Below, one piece after another: positions 1 through 11,088 of a DNA stretch of 64,000 nucleotides (the first letter of the stretch is position 1; each line of letters starts with the position of its first letter). The DNA lies in the NCBI GenBank assembly GCA_002269645.1, contig NIVC01002406.1, positions 113,398 through 177,397 on the forward strand, given 5' to 3'. A program made the position numbers and the translations under genes. This DNA comes from Macrostomum lignano. Taxonomy: Eukaryota. The notes under the pieces were generated by a model. It ran no database searches. It had not been told where the DNA came from and saw nothing but the letters and a program-made list of their open reading frames with translations.

Positions 1-3000
1 TCAAAGGCAAGATGATTCGACAAATAAAGAATGTTCATTTTTACCTTGAATAGAATTGTTCATTTTTACATTAAATATAATAAAATCTAACTAATAATAG
101 AAAAAGTCAGGGAACTATCCTTGAACACCAAAAAGCACATTGTGGATTTAATATCGACTGCATGTTCCTTAATAAAGGAATTCGGATACTATTCGGATAC
201 TAATTCGGATACTTCGGATACTCGGAAACTTGCTTGATTTTACTTTAAGTACTCATTACATTAATACTTATACCAAAGCTACATGTACTTAAAATAAAAA
301 ATTATAGTTACTTATTAGACATTTTACTCCAATTAACTTAAAATAATTCAAATTTATTTTAATTAATTCATTTTTTGAAACTTTTTGGAAAATAGACAAA
401 ATTGAATTATTTAATTAATTACCAAAAACCTACTAGCTTAACTAAAATAGCAATTAGTCTTTAAGAAAATATTTCACTTGTTAATTGAGAAAAATGAGGA
501 TGTGCGAGGTGTAAAAATGCGAAAGAGCATGCAGGAAACAGAGACAAACAAAAATGTAGGTAAAAGACACTGCACATGCACATAATATAATAACCAGACA
601 TGATGCGGACACTGAAACACCAGTAGCAATGACGCCCAAGCTTTTGATGATCACAAGCGAAAAGGCAAAACCCAGCCATCAATCAAAGAAGTAGACTATA
701 GCACGCATCTTGAGTGCATCACGCATTTTTTGCAGAGAAGCTCGAAAATTAACATTGTATTCTGTGCACAACCACCAACTGCGACAGGGTCTGCCGGGGG
801 ATTTGTGGGCACGCGGTCGCGGATACAAATCGGAGGAGTCGCTGACCATTCTGAAATTACAAGCTAGTACATGTAATTTTGTGTATTAATATATTTAGCC
901 CGCTTTATTTCTATGCTCTCGTCCGCCTCTCGTTAATGCATCCCCAGACTCATGCAATAATCAAACTTATGATCGAACTATGCATGGCTTCCGTCCCTCG
1001 CTTTGAATCTCTCACCTCCCCATAGTTCCATCAACCTTACCGTAGTGGCTTCCTATGCAAAAATCATCCCTCCGCATCTTACACAGGCTACTTCAGGCTG
1101 TAGACTGTACTACACTATTAATTAGTTGCGCTAAGGAATCTACATGTATTTGCTCGCAGCGCAGCGCGCTGCTCAAATAAGGTTAGATCCATCTAGATAT
1201 TCTAGTAATTTCAGGTTTGTCCATAGACTAGAGCTCATGAGATAAGAATTCCATTAACTAGTACATTTAATATGAATGAACTGCGTGTGTGTGCTGTACA
1301 TACATATGTATAATATACGAGTAGTTTATGGGCCAAATTATTGTGTGGCACAATTCTTGGCATCACTCAGCAGGCACAAGATGCAGTTAAGCAGCGCACG
1401 AAAATTCTACAAAAGAAATTGAGCCTGGTTGAGGTGATGCGAGGAGACAGATCCACACAATCTCAGTGAATACACCAGACTGCACCAGATACGAGTCCAG
1501 TCGAATGTGCGCACTGGTCTAAGCAGCACACGCATGTCCTCCTGACAATGACGGCACCTAGCTTCGTCCAAGCCTTTGCCAGCGTCACTGACAGCGTCAA
1601 TACTACCATGCAGTGCCACCTGCAGCACCGACAACGGCAATTCCTCCAGTTAGCCCACAACAGTGGCTAAACTGAGGGACAGGGAACCTACCCGCAGAAG
1701 ACACACACATACACACACAGCACCGGCAGCAGCACTCTGACAGCATACCTAAAGCTCCATGAGCTCAGTTTTCAAGCATTGAAGAAGCAGAAGCAGTCAT
1801 CTTGAATCCAGGGATCAGGAAGAGTGTTGCATGTCCGACATGTGCTGTTTCCGTGGCAAAAGGTGATGGAGCAAATTAATCAACACTTACTATCTAGCTC
1901 GTATTAAGACTAAAAAACTGAGGCAAGCTGGGATTAAACCAAGGAAAATTTTTTACTATACTTTTTTACCATATACTTTTACTATACTTTTATAGTATAG
2001 TAGAGAGGTACTCTATTTAAATGCAGTAAGAAGTGAAACAAATTTATATATTTAATTATTAAATTAAATTAATTCAAGGTAAATAACTAATTTAACCAAT
2101 TTATTAGGAGTATTTAATATTATAATAAATTGATTTTTATACCTTACACGAAATAAGCTCTACATTCATTTCTTAGCTTGGGGCCCATCTGTATAAGGTC
2201 AGTTTCTTCAAAATGCTGATTAATTAATTAAGGCCTGTTGTCTTTACTTAAATTTATAAGGGCATCTTAGAAGTTAATATTACTATATAATACATGTATA
2301 ATATTATTACTATATTACAATAATATAGTTGCAATTTTAATGACTATTGAATAAGTCTAAATGCTTCCCCTATTGACTTTAAATATATGGTATCTTTCCC
2401 TTCAGAAAAAATTAGCATAGAATGACTTGATGAAAACAAAAAAAATCATTTCGAGATACACATTTGTTGATCATTCAGGTCAAATTTCAAGGTCCAGTTT
2501 TGCACATGTTTCTCTGTAGCTTGGTTACAAGGATTCTAATAAAAATATAATAAATATGTCCAATGAACTAACTGATACATAGCCAAATTGAAGTATTTTC
2601 AAAAAAAAAATCATTTGCTCAGTTTACTTTACTGGATATCTGTGTAAAATTTCAGCTCAAAAGGTGCTCCATGGAGAATGCTAGTGTGGTTACAGGATAT
2701 TTATTTTGTGCTTCAAAGTAGGAGTTTATTGCAATGCATGGTTGCTTTTAATTATTTTTATCAACAATAGTGCTCTATTTCATAACAATTTTTTACAAAA
2801 AGATAATAAGACATGTTTTTCTAATTATCTGCATCAAAATGTATCATTTTAAGTGCACATTCTAGACGTCAGCTGAAAAATACATTTTGTGAGATAAGAA
2901 GAGGCTATCCCACCGGAAATGCTAGGCGTACAGTTAAGCGTCTATAAAATAATTTATAGTGCAGTTTATTAAGCTTTAAAAAAATCTTAAATTAAATTTA

Positions 3001-6000
3001 TATAAGCTTTCATTTTAAATGTAATATAGCAAGGTTTCAACACAACAACAACTTTTTTTAGCTACAGACATCTTGTAGTATCAAAAATTAACATCGGTGA
3101 AATGATTGAATTTGAATTTTTTCATCGCTAATTATCGTTTAATACCGCCAGATGATTAAAAACACTTTTGCATGATAAAGTTCAACCCAAAAATTATCTT
3201 TATTCACAGATAAAAGTGTCCTATTATTTTCAATATGGCAGTAACAATAGTAAATGTTCGGAAAATTGTTAAAATTTTTGCTCCTCCTAGAATTTGCGAA
3301 CGACCCTGGGAACTAAAACTGAAAAACCGGTCATCCCCCGCCCAGGATGGAATTCTTGTATTTCTTAAGTCAAACGGAATTATGCGATTTTTTTATGGTG
3401 CGCAAAATATTTTTTATTGGTCACATTTTTTATTTTGGTACTTAGCACGTGGCAAAATGGTAAAAACAAGTTTTTTAATGGCTTAGCTACTGCCTAATGA
3501 AAAATAACGAAAAATGCATTCTAAGAAAATGTAGTGATTTGAATTTTCGTCCAAATACGTATGTCAAGAGAATGTTACGAGTTTCTACTTTTTATAGAAT
3601 TTTGTGCCTTATTTAGTTTTTACTTTTTATTCTTTTTTTCTTCGTGATCTTAGCTAGTAGGATTATCTTTTGCAAAATTTAATATCTCAAGCGCACTTTT
3701 GCATATATTAAGAATTAGCAATTTTGTCTGAAATTCTGCGACGCATTTTTCCGGATTTTTTGACGCAAAATCGCATTTTTTCGCGCAATCTGGGTTTTTT
3801 TTTCGCCAGAGATAAGGTGCGAAATCGCACCTTGTGCCAAATTTCAAGGTGCGATTTTAAGGCTCAGAGTGCAATTTCTCTTGAGTCTTGTTTAGAATGT
3901 GGGGGTTTCACGAGAGATATTCAGACAGACATTCGAAACGATCGTCTGTAACTTTAAACAAAATTGACCCGCTTCAACCATCTTTTTGGCAAATACTTAC
4001 GCAAGTGTTGGGCGTCGAATAAGCTTTAATTTATTAACTGAAGTAAAAATCCTTCTGACATGCATTGATTTAAAAATTGCTTAGCAACACTAGCTCTGAT
4101 TAGAAATCGCTTTACTGTTGACTAAAATTGTTTTGATCGTAGCAGCCTAAAAGCAGATACTGGATTTAAAAATGCTTCGATTTACTCTATACGCATGTCT
4201 CAGCTTTAAAATGACACCTCAGGCGTCGCAAAAGACAGCTTTGATGCTGAGATATTCGACACTAAACATGCATTGCTTTGCGCAATCTCACATTCAGAAA
4301 TTTCACTGATTTTTTGTCGATATTTGTGCAGTTGCCATGTCCTTGTTTTTCATCAGAATCTTGTCAAATTCTAGTCATGTCTATACGCATGTCTCAGCTT
4401 TAAAATGACACCTCAGGCGTCGCAAAAGACAGCTTTGATGCTGAGATATTCGACACTAAACATGCATTGCTTTGCGCAATCTCACATTCAGAAATTTCAC
4501 TGATTTTTTGTCGATATTTGTGCAGTTGCCGTGTCCTTGTTTTTCATCAGAAACTTGTCAAATTCTAGTCATGTCCAGTTTAAACCTGGACTTCTCTTAA
4601 ACTGTCTTAAGTATTTGATTTTTAATGATTCCTGCCTTTATATTGCATAGATTGTACCTGAGTCAGTGAGTCTGTGAGTGTACATTTGTACATATGGCAA
4701 CCAATCATGACTTTTTCACCGCTTTGCGGTTCAAATAAATATACGAGTGTACGAGAAACATGTTCCAACTGTTATTGAGAGAAATTGACGTCGCGTTTAT
4801 TAACAGTCAGTGGCAATTAATATGAAGCAAATAGTTTATTGTTATGTTTTTACTTTTTTTTGCGTGGCAATTCTGCTATCCAAATCGGAATGAGGTAAGC
4901 GGTGGGAATAAAATAAAAAGGAAGAATTTTTTCTACTGTTGTTGCAACCCAATAGCTATATGTACTTCAAACTTTTTAGATTGAACAGGCGATTTCTAAT
5001 GTACTGCTAAGCTTTCCAATCCCTACGGACTACAGTAGCAGTTCTTAACTTTTTTTCTGTCTTGACTTCTAGACTCGGAATTCGGAACAACCTAAGGAGC
5101 CGCATGAAAATATTTAATTGGATAAAGATATTTTCTAAAAACAGCTCAAGTCGTGACACATCTTCTTCTCACCTCAGTCCATCAACTGCTGCTCCTTCTG
5201 AGACCAAAGCGATCGTGAAAGTAAAACAGATCAGTTTAGATCCCATGGCCATGAATACAACCATTTCAATTGTGAACCTGCTTCGCTTACTCGAGCACTA
5301 GCCTTCCATTTGATGCCATTAGCTCACTTAACTCTGAAATAGTTCAAGGACGGTTCCAAATGTTGAGATCTGACGTAGAAGCAGTCCAATTTGTGGAAAT
5401 TTATCAACTGGACTCCATGAATCACTCCAATGAAAGGCGGCGAATAGCTGCAGAATGCGTAAACAAGTTTAAGTGAGTCACAAAAACCCCATTTACTGTA
5501 ACTACATACACTTGTACGTTAGCAAGGCTCCATGCGATGGTTAATAAATGGAGAAGCAGACAAGCATCTGAACAAATATTGAATAAAAATCAGTGAAGTT
5601 TCCGAATGTGAGTTTCCCAGTGAAAAATGATTTATGGATTCCACGTGGGTTCCATGTGGCCATGTGGAATTTAAATGTTTCTTTTATTTTTGCAAATTAA
5701 TGAATTAAAGATTACATAATGGTATGCAAAGTATTTTTTATGCATTAATTTTCTATTTTTACTATCCTATTGTAGATGTGGATTTTACAAGGAATTCATT
5801 AGAAATACGCGTATATTGATTCAACATGGAATCCACTTCGATAAAAATACTGAGATATACTACATTCAGGTGTTTTTATAAAATTAATTTAATAAATTAT
5901 TATATTTATGTGATTTTAAGTAAAACTTAATAACTTTAAGCTAAATTATTATCGAAAAATTAGACACTGTTTGTTAAAATAGACAAAATAGAAGTGGACA

Positions 6001-6653
6001 GTAAAAAATGTTTCGTGCTTTTTAAAATTAAATTTATTTTATTTTTATTCGTCAATGTCTTGGTTGGTTCAAGGCCTTGAAAGATAAATTGCCTTGTTTA
6101 TGGCTATTTAAGCACCTTATAAATTTTAGTAGGCCTAACCTATAGGCAATAAGCCCCCTACTTATAAGGCCATGGTCTCCTCTAAGAAATCAGATAAATC
6201 AGTATTTTTTCCTAGATAGGCCTACTTTTGGTAAAATCCATGATAAAATTATTTATCCAATTTCTAGGAATCCCATGGCCATGCCCATAGTTTAGATACT
6301 CATTTTTAACTTCAATAGGCCTATAGAAGCTCATAATTTCCTCTTAGTCCTACCTACCTATCTGTTGGTCCCTGGACATTTCGGTGACAGGACGTTTCGG
6401 TGACAGCCTTTTCGGTGACAATTTAGGACGATTCGGTGAAAAATTTAGACGATTCGGTGACACGTTTTAAAAATGGAAGTTAATTTTGTCTGTAAGATAA
6501 TATAAACTCATGAACAAGACTTAATACTCAAAACTCGTCAGATTTTATTGCTTTGCGTTGATTTCGTAACTGACTTTGTTATATCTTTACACTTAAATAA
6601 AGGGTCATCTGCATTTCTAGATAAAGGTCAGTCGGCTGAGGCGACACGTCAAA

Positions 6654-6915
6654 GAGGCTTTTCATATTACCAATTCCAGAATCTGAATCGGTTCGGATCT
6701 TCCACGAAAAACAGCAGTATAACTATTTAATTCTGTTGAATGTTTGACTGCCTTAACAACCTCACTTAGCAAAATTTTTTACTTTCTTCTTGGCGATTGT
6801 CATTCAATAATAAAAACTTTATAGCACGTATCTCCCTCTAGTTATGGAGACAAAAAGTTATACTTTACAAATTGGTTTTGGTTCTGGAACCAGAACAAGC
6901 AATATGAAAAGGCCC
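6654..6915. mobile_element. Nest level 5: PIF/Harbinger-like MITE (262 bp), copy 1
   Basis: Imperfect TIRs gaggcttttcatat / atatgaaaaggccc and 3-bp TSD aaa/aaa. Closely similar to the copy at 29522-29783. Confidence 0.75.
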
Positions 6916-7249
6916 AAAGTCGCTTATTTTACACACTATAGCAGCATCATTTTTGCGACACTATCTGGATATATACCTGTGTTCAAGGCAATTCGTGTTA
7001 AAAATGTACATGTAGCCATGAGTCGCCTGGTCGATCTACTGTATTGATGCAAACAAAAGTTGTGGTTGTAGTTTGTTACTCTACTATCAGGGCTATGGAG
7101 AGGGGGCTGGGACATTCCATGCTTTATCCCCCTGCACCGCGACCCCACTTTAATTTGTTGACCTGTTATGATGGAAATCAATAATTTCTGCATGTTTTAC
7201 GGCGACAAAAAATAGCGCCTGCGGCACCAATTGAAATTGTGCCTGCGGC

Positions 7250-7372
7250 GCTGAAATAAGTGCAGCTACAGCGCTAAAATAAGTGCAGCTGCGGCGCTAA
7301 AATAAGTGCAGCTGCGGCGCTAAAATAAGTGCAGCTACAGCGCTAAAATAAGTGCAGCTGCGGCGCTAAAAT
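7250..7372. repeat. 24-bp minisatellite inside the MULE (gcgctaaaataagtgcagct-)
   Basis: About 5 tandem units visible directly. Confidence 0.85.
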
Positions 7373-8040
7373 AATCGCTGGCAACATCGATTCTAAAAAA
7401 AAATGTTGAAAATAATAATTGCTGACCATATTGACCAGGAAAGTCAAAGGAAAGACGGGGAAAGGACGACGTGAGGCCACATTAAGTTTTTAAATTGCAT
7501 AGTTTGCTTTTCAGAACTTGCTTTAAACGTTTGTTGCTATGCTACGTAAATAGGCAATTCCAGTATTTAATCTTTCGTCATTGTTAGATGGTTGATTAGC
7601 ACCTTTGATGGTTCAGTGTTGCAAAACAGTAAAGCTCGTTAAGTGAACCAATTGGGCTTAGTGGATCGAATTTTGATATCTACATGTACGAGTATTTAAT
7701 TACTAACAATGCTAATTCTGGAATGCCAAGCACCAATGATTTGGTTACGCGATAATTGCTACCATGCTAAAGCAAAATCATTGCTAGCAGAGAAGCATTG
7801 CTCGTACGGTGATATAATGTTTGTTTTTGACACGACACGACATTAGGGTTAGCAAAGCAGAACAACGGATTGCGTATGAAATATGAATGCGGATGAATTT
7901 ATAAAGACTCGTGGTATCTGAGGCGCCAATACGACTATATAACTTCTAGCAAACTCGAGCGATAGTTCTTCGAATTCTAGACGCATGCATATTCACAGCT
8001 CTGCTGGTTCTTACCTTTAATCAGTCAAAATAGTTATTTC

Positions 8041-11000
8041 ATGGACGATTACTGCCCAAAATGCAGCCATGCTGTTAGCGGCCGCCAACATGCACTTAAC
8101 TGTGATAGATGCAAGTTTTGGTATCATCGACTCTGTTTAACAGGTAAGATTCTAAACTTCGCTATTTTGCCCAACTTTTTCGTGTTTAACAGAAAAAAGG
8201 TATTCCATCATAAATTCTACATGTAACTTCGCCGAATTTCACTTTCCCATAATTTCATTTGCTCGTAATATCACTCCCAATTGCATCTCAAAGCAATTGC
8301 ATACACGGATGCGTGTAGCCAGTAAGTACATGTACGCTCGTAGCTACAGTCCATGCCACGCCTTTTTGTTATCATTTTAGGGCGCGCCAGCATCTCTATG
8401 GCTAAATATCGTGAGTTACAACGCCGCAGCTCCTTTAACTGGTGCTGCCCAAACTGCAGTTTAGCGGGCAATGAAGCTGCAGCGGATGAGGAAAGTGAGC
8501 AGGTTGCTACAGCCAGCGAATCTGAGGATGAGGCTGCAGCGGATGAGGAAAGTGAGCAGGTTGCTACAGCCAGCGAATCTGAGGATGAAGCTGCAGCGGA
8601 TGAGGAAAGTGAGCAGGTTGCTACAGCCAGCGAATCTGAGGATGAAGCTGCAGCGGATGAGGAAAGTGAGCAGGTTGCTACAGCCAGCGAATCTGAGGAT
8701 GAAGCTGCAGCGGATGAGGAAAGTGAGCAGGTTGCTACAGCCAGCGAATCTGAGGATGAAGCTGCAGCGGATGAGGAAAGTGAGCAGGTTGCTACAGCCA
8801 GCGAATCTGAGGATGAAGCTGCAGCGGATGAGGAGGTTGTAGCTGATGATGGCGGGATGATTCACGATCTCTATGAATCAGTTAGTGACCCAGAACCCAG
8901 GCCAATAGTTGAGCGAGGTCAAGAGTTAGAGACTTTTGAAGTCATGCAAGACGGAGGCAGCCGAGGGAACGTTCTTGTAATATCGTCGAATGGGTACTCC
9001 TATGGCCTTCATCGTCGGCGTGGTGCTCGTGAATATTATCGTTGCACTCAGCGCAGTCGTCATACCCCTTGTTGTGCTACTCTAATTCGCAGTGCCGGTG
9101 AAGAGTTCAAGCATGGGAAAAGCGGGCACAGCCATGCACCAACCCTTGGTGCTTCTGCTACTCGAAAGATTTATCGAGACGTAAAAGTTGCTGCCTCAAC
9201 GGATGTCTTTAAGTCTGCGGCACAGCTTACAGATGATAGACTACTGCGCGAACTCACTTCCTCCACGGCAGCGAACTTGCCGAATCCAACAAATCTAATT
9301 AGAGCTGCAAACCGGTTTCGCGAAAGAGGACGGCCAGAGGAGCCTAAGGATTTAAACTTCCAACTGCAGTTGGAAGCCTTGCCCAATGGATTTCTCAGAA
9401 GTGATGTCCAGGTTGGAGGAAGACGACACTTAGTATTTGCTACTAATCATCAATTGACACTACTGAGTAGTGCCCACGAGTTGTTCATGGACGGTACGTT
9501 TTCAATTGTCCGACGGCCATTTGTGCAACTTTACTCGATTCATGGCTTTTTCCGTGCTGAAGGACATCTGAAACAGGTGAGCATGCAATAGGTCAATATT
9601 ACGATCGTACTAAGCTCTAATATACGGAATTCGAATCCCTGGAACTATATTTCTGTATGAATCCTAATGAATCACACAACATCACGTCTTCTCTTCACTC
9701 TTCTCTCTTGTCTCTGTTCTCTTTTCGCCTCTTTCATCTCTCCCCTCTCTTCCCTCTCCCTCTCTCCCTCTCTTCCCTCTCTCCCTCTCTCCCCTCTCTC
9801 CCTCTCTCTCCACTCTCTCCCCTTTCTCCCCCCTCTTTCCTCTCTTCTCTCTCTCTACCTTTCTCCCCTCTCTTCCCTCTCCCTCTCTCCCTCTCTTCCC
9901 TCTCTCCCTCTCTCCCCTCTTTCCTCTCTCTTCTCTCCCTTCTCTCCCCTTTCTTCTTCTCTCCCCTCTCTCCCTTTTCTTCTTCTCTCCCCTCTCTCCC
10001 TTTTCTCCCCTCTCTCTCCTCCCCTCTCACCTTTCTCCCCTCTCTCTCCTCCCCTCTCACCTTTCTCCCCTCTCTCCCCTCTTTCCTCTCTCTTCTCTCC
10101 CTCTCTCCCTTCTCTCCTCTCTTCTTCTCTTCCCTCTCTCCCCTCTCTCCCTCTCTCCCCTCTCTCCCTCTCTCCCCTCTTTCCTCTCTCTCTTTTCTCC
10201 CCTCTCTCCCGCCCTCTCCTCTTGCTTCTCTCTTCTCTCTATAAGGGAAAGAGAGACAGGCGGATGTTGTACATGATTGCATGCTATATACATGTGTATG
10301 TACTGTATCCATGTATTGCAATTACCGCCGTTTTAAACTAATGGCAGGTCCCATTAGCGTTTGTCCTAATGTCTGGAAGAAAAAAGCGCGACTACAAGGC
10401 AATCCTGCGTGAAATTCGGAGACTAGTTCCTAACATGGATCCGAAGAGTTTTGTCCTGGATTTCGAGCACTCTGTGTGGAAGGCGATCCGGAGGGTCTTC
10501 CCAAATGCTAGTGTTCGTGGCTGCAATTTTCACTGGACTCAAGCAGTTTGGCGCAAAGTCCAGAACATAGGACTTCAACAGTCCTATCAAGAAGATGAAG
10601 GCACGCAAAAGTTCGTCCGGAAAATTATGGCCCTGCCTTATTTGCCCGCGGACACTATTGTGGCAGCCTTTGACGAGCTTCGGACAGAAAATGCCGTTGA
10701 AGCTGACGAACGTCTAGTTGAGCTCTGCAATTACGTTAGCGGCACCTGGCTAACGGAGGGCCATCAATGGACTCCAGGAGACATTTCTGTATTTGGCCAG
10801 CCAATACGAACCAACAACGACTTAGAAGGCTGGCACTACCGCCTTAATCGCAAAGCGGGACGACGGAACCTGCACTTCTACCTGCTGGTACAACTTATTT
10901 ATGATGAGGCTGCCTTAGTACCTCTTCAATCTAATCTGCTGTCTAGAGGTATGCTTTCTCGTGAACAGCGGAAGACGTATAGAACTGTTCAGTCCCGTCT

Positions 11001-11088
11001 GTTCCGATATTGGGCAGAGTTCGATTCTGGCAACCGAACGGTACGACAGCTTCTTCGAGCCTGTGGTCGGCTGTGTAATCCGAAGTGA
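8041..11088 (+). CDS. PHD-FLYWCH-MULE transposase, 3 exons, predicted 679 aa
   Basis: Exons 8041-8143, 8381-9576 and 10348-11088 join in frame at GT-AG sites. PHD: CPKC..CDRC..WYHRLC..WCCPNC. FLYWCH-like: YYRC...C...HSH. MULE motifs: FMDGTF, VLDFE, GCNFH, RTNNDLEGWH. No internal stops. Confidence 0.9.
8473..8833 (+). repeat. 57-bp coding tandem repeat (EAAADEESEQVATASESED x6)
   Basis: Six near-identical units in frame within transposase exon 2. Confidence 0.95.
9680..10240. repeat. CT-rich polypyrimidine low-complexity tract in transposase intron 2
   Basis: Almost exclusively c/t; produces spurious S/L/P and R/E/G ORFs. Confidence 0.95.

Noticed and set aside
1407-1700. GC-richer stretch with short ORFs on both strands
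   Set aside because: Stops in every frame and no recognisable domain.
8461-8865. Antisense and off-frame repeat ORFs over the transposase linker
   Set aside because: Shadows of the 57-bp coding repeat.
9657-10341. Long ORFs of 195-224 aa on both strands
   Set aside because: Artefacts of CT low complexity inside a phase-compatible intron.
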